NCBI GenBank assembly: GCA_000165425.1
Contig: CT868031.1
Location: 62,001 to 126,000 of the forward strand
Length of the DNA: 64,000 nt
Reading direction: 5' to 3'
From: Paramecium tetraurelia
Lineage: Eukaryota
How positions within the stretch are numbered: the first letter of the stretch is position 1; the number at the start of each line of letters is the position of its first letter. Below the pieces are notes generated by a model. It was not told the origin of the DNA. It searched no databases and saw nothing but the letters and a program-made list of their open reading frames with translations. Positions 25,937-39,977 of the stretch are shown piece by piece. A program made the position numbers and the translations under genes.

Positions 25937-26833
25937 TCACTATATGATTATTATTTGTTATTAGTTGCGAAGAGATTATTTCATATTATTTTAACCTTTT
26001 ATTGATTCGAATGTAACTTTTTTAAAAATAGAGGATTTCATTGATTTGTATCTGCTACTGTTCTCTCCGTTGCTACTTTCACTGCATACAGACTTGCTCT
26101 TTAAAATGCTTTTGGGTTGTGATGCATTCAGTAAGCAATTATTATTATTCCTATACATTGAGCCTAATTTATTTTCATTCAATAAATGCATATTCAATTA
26201 ATTAAGACTGAGTTTTTCTTGGATCGGATCCTTAAATTAATCAAATTAATTGGTCAAAAAGTGATTGGTTCGTTGTTATATTCTTATGGGTTGATAATCT
26301 AAGGAATACCCGTACTGTCTGTCTTAGGAGTTGCTCATTCCTTTTTTTGATTTATTAACGGTTGAACTTTTGTATACAGACCTTTGAGATTTTTTTGATT
26401 ATGTTTCTAATAATTAGATTTATTAATTCTGATTCTAAATTGGAGATTGAGATTGGCTTTTAACTGAGTACAAAGACCCTTTTTTACACTTTTTCTTCCT
26501 TTTCTTTTCTTATCCCAGTAAATTATTGCAGTTTTAAATTACATATTTTTCATTTTTCAGTTGTTCTTCATTTGATTCTTAAAATTAAAAATCACTTGAT
26601 TTCCTTTTACAATGGGATTTATTTGTTGAAAAAATAGTTTCATGACATGCTTTGAATTTATACTCACTCGAACTAGATTGAATCTCCATTATTCTCTTAT
26701 AGACTGAAGTAGTGATTTCTGTTTGATAAGTATCATAGTCTTGCTATTTAAACTTTGGTTTCATTATTCTGCAATCCAAATCCAACGATTATTCATCACT
26801 TCTTATTGAAACTGAATCTTCTCTGCTTTTCAT
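25937..26833 (-). CDS. Hypothetical protein (298 aa) with SILK and RVxF-like motifs
   Basis: ATG and TGA in the same code-6 frame; PKSILK and KKVTF near the C-terminus. Confidence 0.7.
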
Positions 26834-26881
26834 TAATAATTATCGTAGTATTAAAAAACTATAAAATACAATAAATTATTT

Positions 26882-27364
26882 TCAATTGCTGACATAAGTG
26901 AAACAAATGTTCCTATTAGGAATGCTTAAATAACTATTAAATCGTATTTTCTATTTCCCTTAGAATTTATTCTACTTTTTCGCACTCTCCTCCATCGATA
27001 TCTTTTGTTTATGTTTTGAAGGTGATATTGTGGTAAACCCCTTGATCTAATGATTTCGAGCAAAGACATTATTTGAGATAAGCAGTTAAGCATATGGCAA
27101 AGATTTACTGCAAACAAGGTAACTACACATGTCACTTTGATTTTGCGTATTCCTTCCCTCTTTCAAAGTCTCCTTCTAATCAATCGATTGTAAGGCTTGC
27201 TTGGTTTTGCTATATAGTTATTGTATTTTCAATTCCAAATCGTTTTCTTCTTCTGAGGAAATATCGGCAGAGGAATTCCTTTTAAAATTAATTTGCTAAT
27301 CGACTTTAATTTCATAGGGGTATTACAGACTGAAGGAGAATTCTACCACATCACTTTGTTACAT
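26882..27364 (-). CDS. Hypothetical protein (160 aa)
   Basis: Uninterrupted code-6 ORF, ATG to TGA. Confidence 0.6.
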
Positions 27365-27453
27365 TATCCAAAATTTAATAATATTCTAAATAAGGAAATG
27401 AAAAATAATTATAATATCCATTCGTATAATTCAACAAAATTCTTGTAAATTTA

Positions 27454-28574
27454 TCATAAATTTTACTATAATAATTCTTCAACCAATTATTCAGCATTTT
27501 TATTTTTTCCATGTTCTGCAACGAATTTAACTATATATTCATCCCCTTTTTATGGGAAAAGTTCCAATAATTTAAAGATCTTCTCATCTTAAGGTGATAA
27601 TTAATTTTTGGCTGGGGCCTTCACTTTAATTAGAATTTATCCATTTATTGTATTATATTCACCTTGCTCATTTTAAACACAGATCTATTTTTAGAATAAT
27701 AATTTTACTTCAAAATTGTAATAATGTTCAACATTATTTACAAAATGTTAAACCATGTATGGGATTTAAATCTTAACTGAGAAAGTGCTACCTGGAGCAA
27801 GATCTATAAATTTCTAACTGACGTTTAATTCTTTATTTATTATTTTTGGATTAATCCATTTCTTAATACCAGTATTTTTTAATTTCAAATCAATATTAAT
27901 TTTCTTTTATGGAATGGCTGTAAAAATGGGAATATTAGTAAAATTGTAAAATTTGTAATCCCTTGGATTAAATTTATTCTCATCATATAATAAACCCAAT
28001 TCATTTAGCTTTTGATCGATAATTTCATCAATGAATTATTGTAATTATACATTATTTTGAAAATCAAATTTATTCGTATTTTAAGCATTATCAATTTATT
28101 AAACCTTCACTTAAGTTCTATTTTTTATAATTTAATGCAGTTACCCCATATTGTCAAAAAATGGTGCAATTTATTCACCGTGATCCTGTTTACTAGAATT
28201 GATTAAGGTTGAAGCATCATGATTCTTCTTCTCAGTCATCACTATGCTTTGATTCAATAAATTCCAAGAATCCTTTAAGACTTCTTCATAATTCTAATTT
28301 TCTGTTACTAGCAATTTAATGGACGGCCATCCTAGTTAATGATAGGTTAGTTTTAATTATTGAAAGGTGACATCCGAATTGATTTCAGTTAGTGCTTCTG
28401 GATTTTCTATGATTGTGCGTTTAAAAATATACATGGATTAATTATTGCAAATAGATATATATTTTGCAGTTATTTGTAAGTATTCCTAATGGTTTCAACT
28501 AGGTTATAATAATTAGTAACATTGGCTGGCACTTTGTGTATTTTTTTAAGGTAAATATACTTAATATTTGACAT
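27454..28574 (-). CDS. PB1-like + NBR1-type Ig-like + UBA/CUE-like protein (NBR1/p62-like architecture)
   Basis: N-terminal IKYIYLKKIHKV...EINSD PB1-like; LKLKNTGIKKW...LAPGSTFSVKIQIP NBR1/FW-like; C-terminal IFKLLELFP helical domain; one 26-nt intron seen. Confidence 0.65.
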
Positions 28575-28764
28575 TTAATTAATTAATATTATAAGAATTT
28601 TATATTCTCACTTTCTTAATTAGTTGGAAATTCTTATAAAATATGAATGGTATTTCTTAGATTAAATCAGATTCCATCTTTTCGTAACTATTTAATGTAT
28701 TGGTACTAAATTATTTAATTGATAATTTAAGATAAATATATTATTTCTGTTAAAATAATTATTG

Positions 28765-29097
28765 ATGGGAAATCAGATTCAAAAGATCAATCGAAAAATC
28801 GATTAAATGCTTTTTAAGGCCTATGATTATTTGATCAAGGACGAAGAGATGTCAGACAAGACTGTTGATGTGCTTTCGACAGATGACAACCTGATTGAAA
28901 ACTTCGAGGAGTAAAGAGAGACTTAAACCGAAGAGAAATGCGAAAGTTTAAACTTATATAGGAATAAATCCAAAGTAATAACCAAAACAACAGAGGAGGA
29001 ATTGGGCAGTAAAAGAAAATCAAAGTCTTAATTACTTTCTGATAGAAAGAGCAATAAGAAAATTTGTGAAAATAAAGAAAATTATCTTTACAGCTGA
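28765..29097 (+). CDS. Small hypothetical protein (110 aa), possible N-myristoylation (MGNQ)
   Basis: Uninterrupted code-6 ORF. Confidence 0.65.
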
Positions 29098-29252
29098 TGT
29101 TTATTTATTGTATAAAGAGTTTCAAAATTTAACATCATCTTTTTTTTAGAATAATTAAAATTTAATGATTCAGAATTGATTGATTAGATATTAATGTTGA
29201 TTTTGTAGTAAATTCAATAGAATAAATTAAGTTAAATAAATAAATATACAAC

Positions 29253-30070
29253 TCACTCTTAATGAATAATGATATATTCTTCTAAGAATTGTCTAGCTTG
29301 ACATTTTAGTCTCTGCTTCTTCTTATAATCGGATTGATATCTACTTTATCTGTTCTACGATCCAGATAAGGCAGGCATAAAGGTTTAATTTTATTGTGGT
29401 AAAATTGCATTTGTTTGTGATTATGAAACAACGTTGTAGAAATGCTGATAGGATGTTTTTAAGTATGGATTTGGTGACTAATTCGTGTGTCTTTTGTAAT
29501 GAGCTTCTCTAACATAATGGTCATTTTCCAATTAGGAACTGCACGCTCTGAAATGCTTGTTGTAAGTTGTCTTCTAGGAGATTGGCAAGTTTACAGAATG
29601 ATCCACTTCAATAGGCCTTAGCATAGGAGTGATGTCTAATATAACTTTGGATGTGTACTATTAGGTTATTATTTGAAGTTGGCTCTATAGGAAGTCATCT
29701 CCACAACAGGGGAATCATTTTTCCAGTCTTGGGGGGAGGGTTTGAAATTTTCAGTTTTCTAAATGCTGAATGATTGAAAATTTCTTTGGTAGGTTGAAGA
29801 TCTAAAGACTTGTTCGAAACTGGACTGGTATTCCACTTTCTACACTGGTTTTGGAGGGGAAGAATATTTCCACAGATACTCTCTTTTATAATTTGACTGT
29901 AAAAGTTTTGGATAATCATAAGGTTGTTAGTACACCTAACATTTGCATTAACCACACAAACACTCGGAGCATACACATGTTCCATCAAGATGGGAGTAAT
30001 TTCTGGATTTTTGCATTCTGACTTCTTTGATTCTTTATTCAATCGTACTTGTTGATCTTGGCTTTGACAT
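29253..30070 (-). CDS. SAXO/FAM154 (MAP6/STOP-related) axonemal microtubule-stabilising protein
   Basis: N-terminal CVCSECLCGQCKC cysteine motif followed by Mn-like repeats QSNYKREY, SSTYQRNF, MTSYRANF. Confidence 0.8.
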
Positions 30071-30287
30071 AAATTTAGAATAATTTTTATTTAAAATTAT
30101 TAAGCTCAATAATTAAATGAGATAATCATAGAACTTCACAATTACACAAAGTGCCTTTTTAATACAAATCACAATATCTGATTATTCTTCAATTAATACA
30201 AGGGATTAATTATATTTATTATTATTAATTAATTGATATATGGAGGAATTAATAACTTGAAATTATTAATAAATAATATCATTTTCA

Positions 30288-30596
30288 ATGATAGGTCCAA
30301 AATAAGTATTTCTAATTCCCTTAACACTCTACCAAAATCAAGAAGATCAAAGTGTACAGTGTTTGGATGATTTTGAGGTTAAAATTTAATCCAAAGAAGA
30401 ATTTTCTACCACTCATATCATCTAAACTCAATATCCTCCCAAAAAGCGAGAGAAGAACAATAAAAAAGTCAAATTCAATCCTACCATCATACGCTATAAC
30501 TTCTGTGAAAGTGAACCAGCCATAACCATATCTAAATAGATGAAGAAATTGATATCAATGTAACCAAATTTAAAATGGATCAACCCAACAGTTTGA
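30288..30596 (+). CDS. Small hypothetical protein (102 aa) with RVxF-like motif
   Basis: Uninterrupted code-6 ORF; KKVKFNP. Confidence 0.65.
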
Positions 30597-30897
30597 GTAT
30601 GAAACAAATATGATTCCACTTATTTTCACTCTCTCGTATATTAAATTTATAAATTTTTATATCAAATGTCATCTTACTAAAAATATTTCAATCTTAGTTA
30701 TTGAAATATTGGATAAATGTATTTAATAAATATCATTTAATTAAGAAATAAAATATTTCTAATTATTTTATGAATTTTAAATTTAACAAATGATAATATA
30801 TATCTACTTCCCTATATTCCAATTTCAAGTTTGTAATTAAATTTTTATATTTAATTTTATTCTAATATTTATCATAATAACTAAATTTTATTCGCCA

Positions 30898-32160
30898 ATG
30901 GATAATTCAAATTTCTAAGATCAACAATAAGAGATAATAAAAATTGATGCATTATCTCAATATACATACAAAAATAAACAAGTCTCATGGAAAGAATCTT
31001 CAACTCAGAATAATCGACCATAGAAGAATAATCAATTGAAAGAATAGACACAAACAGAATGCTAAGCCAAACTCGAGGCACAAAGTCAAAACCAGGAAAA
31101 TGATACGGAATAATTCTACCCTTCTCAAAAAATAAATAAAAATTCCTTTGAAAATGAATTAAAATAAGAGATCTAGAGTCAACTTTATTAAACAAATGAT
31201 TAGCATTAACATTAAATACTATCATAAGCTCGTAAGAATTCACAACTAAAAATTTAGCCTGCTTTTAATGTCAATATCTAAATTACTAGAATTTATCATA
31301 AAAAATCAAATTCTTAAAATCCCGCTTAGAGATAATAGAATAGAATATAGAAAGAAAAAAATGAATTACAGCCCACTCAATAAATTTAATCGAATACGAT
31401 CTAATCATAATACAGTGAAATGACTAATAAAAGTGAAGTAAGCCCTACAATAAATTCAGAGGTGAGTGGTACTTAAAATTAAGAATCCTTTGAAATTAGA
31501 TTAAAATTCTCAGATGATCCAGATTTATAAGCGAAACAGTAGCTCTTATTAGAGATTCATGATATCTTAAAGTAAATTAAGATTAGGTCTAATTGTAAGA
31601 GACACTCAATTTTGGAAGATGCTCTTTAATTGTGTTTAATGTACATTCCGTAAATCAGAGTAAATAGACATTCATTTATTTCAGAATAATTTTATCAGTA
31701 AGCAAAGGAAATTTATTAGTTAGAAAGAAATAGATAAGCATTTGCAAGAAGGTACAAGTAATTCAATAAATAGATTCTATCATTTGTTATTGTTTTCAAA
31801 TAGTTGGACTTTATAAAATATAACGAATATTCATAAAATAATAATGAAATATCAACAAACTCAACTTGAATCGTATCATCTATTTTATGATATTAAAACA
31901 AAAACCTTACAATTTCCAACATCAATTGTTTTTAGATAGATGCCTGAAAAACCAAAAGTAATCTAATAAATAATACAAAATGAATAAAATAAAAGGATTG
32001 TTTTGTCATGTAAATTCTTTATTCATAATTAGTAACTACAAAAACACTTTTTTAATATGTAAATCTACCCGCAAAAGAAATCGATGAGGATATTGAAGAG
32101 TTTGGTGACGAATTGTAATTTATTGATATGATTCTGAACCTAATTCCTCTCGCTTTATGA
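30898..32160 (+). CDS. Hypothetical protein, Q/N-rich N-terminal half
   Basis: Long code-6 reading frame; tiny introns in the 3' half not fully resolved. Confidence 0.6.
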
Positions 32161-33465
32161 CTATATTTATTTATAATTTTTATGATAATTATTATCTTGT
32201 TGAAACACATTCCTATTTATAATATCTTCTTTATTTTAGCTTATATTGTAATCCTTCATTGAAATCTGAGTAGCTTTAAAATATCATTATGATGTGTTCA
32301 TTTAATAATAATTATGCATTTGTGATATTATTAGCCACTTAGTTTGAAAGATGATATTTCTGTATTCTACAATAAAACGAAGAAGTAAAAGTAAATAATG
32401 GTGATATTTTTATGGTGCAATGGTTATTTAATAAATAATGAATTTAGAGTCTTCCTTGTCAGGAGAAGAGATGAATTAAAACTTAGTTATGTAAAATTTA
32501 TAATAAAGGAATACATAATTTAGGAATCGAACTTATTTTAATTAAAAGGGAATTAAGAATTTCTAAGAATATTTTCAAGCTTAAAACTTTTAAATTTGCT
32601 GTAGGGTTCATTTTAACTTTGTAGGCGCTTGAATACACATCTATTATAATTGATTAATAATTATGTCAGTAAAAGGGAAAATAATTAATGCAAATATAAA
32701 ATATATACTATTATTCATATAAACTTCAATACTGAATCAAAGGCAAGAAAAATCTATTCAAATGAATCGTGGAATATAGTTGATGATTCTTTCTAAAGTT
32801 TTATGCTAATTCAATATTTGGATTAATAAAATAGGATTGCTAAGAAGAAATTAAAATAAAAAGAAGGTAATTTTGTAGTATGGAATTACTCTTAAATGTA
32901 TATTCAAATAAGACAATAAAATCCAGCATATCTTATTGGGTTAATGATCAATCATTATAATTGTTATCTCAATATTATTGACAGGATATTAAATTAACAA
33001 TTTGAAACTAAAATTATAGTGACGGGAAAGGCCAATATTATTATAGATAAATTATATATTCAATTGTAGTTTAGGAACTCAAATCTACGTATCTATTCTG
33101 TTTTACTCACTAATTATAAATATCAATATAGTTACAATTTTGTATATATTCAAAATGTATTGAAAGAATAGTAGTATAATAAAGGTAATAGAATAATATT
33201 AACCTCCAAAGAAGAAGAATATCAGATGGGTTAGCATTCGATTATAATTATCAACTTGATTTTTAATGATTTTTAATTGCTGCTTCAATATGGCTAACAT
33301 CATATTGTCATAGTTGTATATTTAGATTAGTTCTTCATTGAAAATGATTGTCAACATAAGAATATGAAAAAAGAATTTAAATTTTTGAGAGTATCTTAAA
33401 CTTAAAAATCAAATTCTAATGTATATATAAATATTCATATATTAGTACAAAATAGAAAAAGATAA

Positions 33466-33744
33466 TCAGGATTTCTAATTATTCCTTCTTCTTTTGAGAA
33501 TACTTGAAGTATTAATTGACTTAAGTTTTGGAACCGAGACAATTCTTTACAAAACAGAGTCATAAAAGTGAAAATTAGTTTGTTCAATTATTAATTCTGA
33601 AGTGTCAAAATCCTCAAAGTTCAACATATCATCTTCAACGAGCTTAGTGATAGTTTTGACCGGAGAGTTTTTGCAGGTGTCTAAAGTAGATTCTCTACTC
33701 ATTTAGAGAGATGATTTATAATGCGTAGATTCAGAGCATCCCAT
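33466..33744 (-). CDS. Small hypothetical protein (92 aa), MGC N-terminus
   Basis: Uninterrupted code-6 ORF MGCSES...SSILKRRRNNQKS*. Confidence 0.7.
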
Positions 33745-34176
33745 ATAATTTTAATAATTATTATTAATGTCTTTTTAATGATGCAGTATCTAATTTTAAT
33801 ATTAATGTTAATTGTATTAAATTAATAACAACAAAGTGAATCACTAATTCTGTAAAATGAGCTAACATTACACACTTAAATTTTATTATCATCTAAGGAA
33901 GCAGAGTTATATTGAATTGATCTATGATAAGTTTGTTGTATATTACACACAAGCATGAAGTTTCTGTACTCCAAGCATTTGTTACTTTATTATTCCAAAT
34001 ACCTTGTGATCCTAATTAGTGTTGTTCTAATAATCAATATATTCTCTTTGTGTCCTATTGGGATCAAGAAAATCAGTACATATTTATAAATAAATAAGTT
34101 TATCCTTTTGAATAATTTTGTATTTTTAATAATCATTCATAATTACTCCTTTGAAAACAAAAATATTAAATAATAT

Positions 34177-36932
34177 TCAATATAATCTCAATTAGTAACC
34201 GTACACATCATTAAGTAATTGTTGAGCAAAACTTACGCAATCTTGATAATCTTTATCATTGAACTAACTCAGTTTTCGTATCAATTCAATAACAAAATCG
34301 CTGGTAATAAATTCTTTTATTTTCTATTTCATATCAGGTATATTTTAGAAGAAATGAGAGCAATCGAATATGCAGCAGAGAGTCAATCGTACATATTCCT
34401 AAAGTGATAAATAATAATATATTTACAATGGTGGGTTTTAATTTTAAGTTGCACATTTCTTAACAAAATATGATGAACCATTAAACTGTGTCTCCCAATT
34501 CAAAAATAGGAGTTTTTGGATCACAATATGCATGTAAAATACAGGTATAGAATGCGGTCATGGTCTCCTTCAATCTCTCAGCGTAATCTTAATCGACACT
34601 CAAATTGCTCTTAGTTAAATCGATGCTAGCTGCAAAACCTAATTTAAGGATTTCTTTGAGATCATTCATGAATGGAGCTGACTTATCCTTCAAGCCCAAG
34701 ATGATGTCTGCAATTGCATTATACACCTATATTTTCAATTCTCTATTAAAGTTAACATTCTAACGAAAGTATAGACTAATTATAATACCTTTATTAATCC
34801 AAAGAAATAATTCAAGATATTCATATAGGGAACAAACTCTTCTTCCATGGCCCTGGCAATATCAGATAAACAAAATAGTGCAGTTTTGAAACTATCCATG
34901 TCATCTGGTTCTGAAAGTGGTTTATTTAATTCTGAAATGATTTAAGTAGAATATTTAGTCAATTTCTTTTTGAATGCATAAGCGATTCCAGAAAGTACAT
35001 AAAAGTAGTCATTCTTAACTCTAGAATCGACCTTAGATAGTGTTTTCATGATGTCTTCAAATTGTTTCTCAGGAGTGGTAGAATCATCTAATCTTACAAC
35101 ACATCCATGCATGGCACTCATTAATCCCATTTCAAGATGGTATTTAATTTCAACAGGATACTAATTGCTACCTTCTAGTAATTAAATTTATTGATAAAAT
35201 TGCTATAGGTAATCATTACATAGCTTGGTTTCAGTCACACTGTAAATGATATTTAAGATTGCCATAAATGCTGTGTCTATGAGTGAAATCTCTTAATTTT
35301 TGATGTCTGATCTTATTGATGTGCTGGCTAGATGTTTGAGAATAGTGAATTTCTCTCTAGTAAAGACACTATTCTAAAAATTAGTTAATCCTTCAGTTAA
35401 GTAAACAAACACCCACACCAAATTTTGTACAATAGAAACCTTATTGGATAATTAATCTAGGAGAGTAGCAAGCATCTGATTAGCTTGATCATGTTCATGA
35501 AAGCATTGTGGATAATTCTCAGCTATTCTACTTAGAGTTTGAGTAGTGGCTTTTTTTACTTTGAAATTTGAATCTACAAGACACCCAAATAGACTAGTCA
35601 ATGCTGATTTAATCAATAGGCCAATTTCTTCAGTTTACACTTCAGCTAGGGCTCCAAATGCCATGACACTTGCTTTTCTGTATTCCCATTATTGGTGACT
35701 TATGGTATTTTGGATAAAGTTTTTAACAGAATCATAGGTATTAGAACCAGCGAATTCGATGATGTATGCTAGACCTTTACTTGAGGAATTAGGGACAGAC
35801 AATTATTGGTATTCATCATCAGCATCTCCATCATCCAATAATAGATTGCGCATAAAGGGAATAATAAACCCTTCGTAGTTTTTCTTAAAAAATGAAACAC
35901 AACAATCAACAGAATTGGTTTCTGGTGTTTGTTGATTGGTGTTCTCACTCATAGTTTCTTTGATTTCAGCACAAATTGTATTCCAAATTTCTATTGCTGC
36001 AATAGTGATCTCTCCTTAATTCTCAAAAGCGGTTTAAGTGGTTTAATAGAGTTCTGTAATGAACACTGGGAGGAATACGAACAACTGTTTAACGTAATCA
36101 ATTAGACATTGTAGAGCCTTAAGTTTAATCTCCTATATGTTTGATATAGCATTTTATAAAATTAATTTTTTAACAAAAGTAAATATTTCCTACAATAGAA
36201 TTGTTTAATCTTACTTGTTGTGTGAATAGATTATTCATGAAGTAGAGTGAATCCTGTAGTGCTTTGATTGCAGTGATTCTAATCTCCAGATTCTACTCAT
36301 TCGTATCCATCCCAACACATATTCCCATCAGAATCACTTTAGCATCTTTTTCTGAAATACCTGAAGATTGATGGTTTTTCTATTTATAATGTGTCTACAT
36401 ACCAATGATTCACATATGTATCCCAAAGTCATGATAGCTGACACTTTCACTAAGACATTACTGTGTTTCGAGTTGGTTGTCAATCTTTCTATCAGATCTG
36501 GCCATTCCTAGCGTGGTAACTCAATAGCACAAATCTCACTGATAGTCTAGTGTTTAGAATTGATTTATTACATTAGCAGCTGATCTTCTAATCTCATGTT
36601 CAGGATCTATTAATTGATCCATGAACTTAATTTTTACTTCATTTTTAGTGTTTTGAGAACAAGCTAACCACATGATCTAATTCGAAGGATGCTTAAATTG
36701 ATTAATTAGAAACAATTACAACTAAGCCGACCAATCGTTTCACTAAGGTACTGCAAGCTATACGAAGACGATTCTGAATTGACCGATTAGCAAATGCAGA
36801 TGCACAATACACAAGAAATTCATCTGTACATTCATCCTTATACTTCAGGAGTACTTATTCAGCCTATCCACGCTAATTGTTGCTGTCAAAGAATGCACAT
36901 TGCACTAAGTCTAAAAATTATTGTGGCTACAT
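34177..36932 (-). CDS. KPNB1: Importin-beta (karyopherin beta-1-like, HEAT repeats)
   Basis: N-terminal IBN_N-like segment, EICAIELPRQEWPDLI, IMTLGYMCE and further HEAT-repeat motifs; several tiny introns. Confidence 0.85.
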
Positions 36933-37884
36933 TTTGTGTTTAATTTTAAAATAATAGTACAGTAGTTTTTTAACTCTCAGTATAAGTTTATATAAATCAA
37001 GTTTAATATTTAAATTAAAATCATTTTTAATAGAAACAATCATTTTCTCTATTTATCTTGATTTTTCAGAAAGGCATAATAACTTCACAGTAGAGATTTT
37101 TATATAAAGAATTTTATAGAATAATAAAAACATTATTATATTATTCCAATCCCTCGTAAATCGACTTGTATTTATCCTCATTATTTATGTCATTGTTAAT
37201 TAATTCTATCATATTCTTAGATTCTCAAAGGGAATTGATGTTATTCTAATTTGTTGAATATCCATTTTATTATTTTACTCTCTATATTTCTATAATAAGA
37301 ATGAGTAGAACTTAAATTTTATCTTATCATCAATTTCCAAGCTTTATGAAACAAAAAATCTTAGTTATCTTCATTGTCTTTCATTCTATTTTAATTATAT
37401 ATTCTTAACTTTATATTTTTGGTAGGGTTGTTATTCTACTGATATTACTATTCTGCTTATATGATCCTTATTAAGAATTCTTAGAATGTTGGACAAAATG
37501 ATAAATTTAAGGAAGAAATACTGGAATTAGCTATGAAATAATTTTATATAAAATAGAAAACATAGTACAAATTAGGATCAAATTGTTGAGGAAAGAGAAT
37601 GTTTATTTATTGGTTTGGACATTTACATATCGTGACAATATATATGAAAGCATAAGATAAAATTGAATTAATGTTGATCAATTAATTTCATGTATATTAG
37701 AGATTAAATAAAGGAAAATGCTAGGTTTAGAGTAGAACTAGAGTGGGATGTGATGTGAAAATGAGGTTATTGTTTTGGAAATGAAGTGAATGGATATTTG
37801 GAATAATTTAGAAGTAGTGATTGAATATTTGCTCACAACAGTAAAGGTTGCTATGAAATGATTTGGGATAATTGAATATATAAT

Positions 37885-38130
37885 TCAATTTGCTATGGAG
37901 GATTTTTGAGGTGTGGCTGTTTTGTTGCGACACAGTTATTCTTGTAGGGCATCTTTAACATCAGATTGGAGTTTCACTTACTTTCTGACAGTTTTTGTTT
38001 ACCTGTATTCATCTAGAATTAGATGGGCCTTGATGCGTTATTCCTTTTCTCTTTATTCTTTGTTAAAAGTGGATTCCATCATCATAGTTTTCTGTTGGCT
38101 CACTTTTTCAGAAGTTATTGTGCATCCCAT
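37885..38130 (-). CDS. Small hypothetical protein (81 aa), MGC N-terminus
   Basis: Uninterrupted code-6 ORF MGCTITSEK...KSSIAN*. Confidence 0.65.
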
Positions 38131-38281
38131 ATTTGTTAATTATTAATATAATTGATTACAGATATATTGTGTTGCAGAATTAAAAATAATTTATTTCGAT
38201 AAGTATCTGCTTATGAGAGATTAGCAATTATTATCAGATTAGCATATTTATAATTGAATATAATTAATTTAATTAAATTCT

Positions 38282-39925
38282 TCAATGTGACTCTGCCTGT
38301 CTTACTGGAGTGAGCTCTCGCCTATCCAATCAACAACAATCACTTACTTCTTCACCAAAAACTCCTGGAAAACCTTCTCATCACACTTCTCCAAGCAATC
38401 CTTCATCCTATGCGCCCATCCCTTTTGATACACCACTCTAATCCCACTATCTGATTGGCAATCCTTCACATTTATTTCGGACGAGATCTCCTTAGGTTTC
38501 TCTTGAATGTCACATTTCTCCAAAACATACTACAAGGCTGACCCCTAAACAAAGATCTAAATTCATAATTGGATATCAAATCACAGTTTACATTTAGAGC
38601 AATGATAACTACTGTCATTGTCAATATAATTTCTCCTTCCTCTTTGAAAGTATCCGCAGCATCTAAAGCCAAAGCATAAGCCATTGCACCTCTTAATCCA
38701 CAAAACCACATAGCTCTCTGATGATTTGGCTTAATAAAATTGTCATGCCGATATCGATTGAGCACAAAACTGACAAGGGTTATGTTGAGAAATCTGGCCA
38801 CTATGACAATCACAATGGAAGATATAGCCAACACTATTCCCATCTCATTCCAAGCCAAATCGTATCCAACTACACCGATCCCTATGAAAAGAAAGACCAA
38901 ATTTTCAAAATTGTATGACAATATATGATAGAATTTATTTAATAACTAAAAATAGAAATTATTTTGCTATTTACTTCTTTTCCACTTTCCGACAAATTAG
39001 GCAATGCATACTTCGCCATAACAATGCCGCAAAATACTATGCTCACTATTCCTGAATAACCAACGGCTTGGGATATCAAATAACAGACCCATGGAATTAT
39101 TACAGTAACTGAGACTTCAATGTGTTCTGTCTCATAAGACACTTCCTCCTTCACTTTCAAAATCTAAGATTTTTAAATTGCCAACACATACATATGCGCA
39201 TAGAACTCCAATTATAACACCAATTGCAATCGACACAACAAACATAGTTAAAAATTCTTTAATTGCTCCGCCATAACCCACAACTTCTTGATTCCACATC
39301 CTTTGCGATATTCTAAAATAAATTAGTCATCTAATCAAATACTCATATAGCAAAAGGGAAATAGCATCATTTAGAATACTTTCTCCATAAAGAAGTATGT
39401 GAACATGTTTATCTGCATCTAACTATTTAAATATTGCCAAAACAGCTACTGGATCAGTGGAAGATATCAAAGATCCAAATGCATAACTACTAGTCAATGA
39501 TAATTTCTAAATTTTACGTAATTATAATATAATATTACCGAGATCAGCAATCCGACCAATTATAAGCTAAATGCTGTTACAAATGTTGCTATCAAGGTTC
39601 CGATGACTGCGTACATCACAATACTACCAAAATTTTGAAAAAACAAAGCTTTTTCCATATTAATTGAGCTTTCAAATAATATGGGTGGCAATAACACAAT
39701 CAAGAAGAATTGACTGAATCCTTGTCTGTACTCTTGTAAAAGTGAAGATTTATCAATAAACAATAGAAATAAGCCGGCTGCAATTCCTATCAAGGCTGTA
39801 ATGATGGTGTTGTTTAAGTAATTTTTGAGATATCTGTTATTCATCCAATAGTTGGTCAAGACTTCGTTTATCACAAGCAAGGTAAGCATAAATAAAATGG
39901 CATTACACAATATTTATACATCCAT
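38282..39925 (-). CDS. Na+/H+ exchanger (CPA1, NHE/NHX family)
   Basis: LLPPILFES, FGSLISSTDPVAVLAIF, YGESILNDAIS, WFCGLRGAMAYALA; several tiny introns. Confidence 0.95.
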
Positions 39926-39977
39926 AATTTTATATAATTATTAAATGAAGAATTTAAAATAATTTAAGTCAAAGGAT

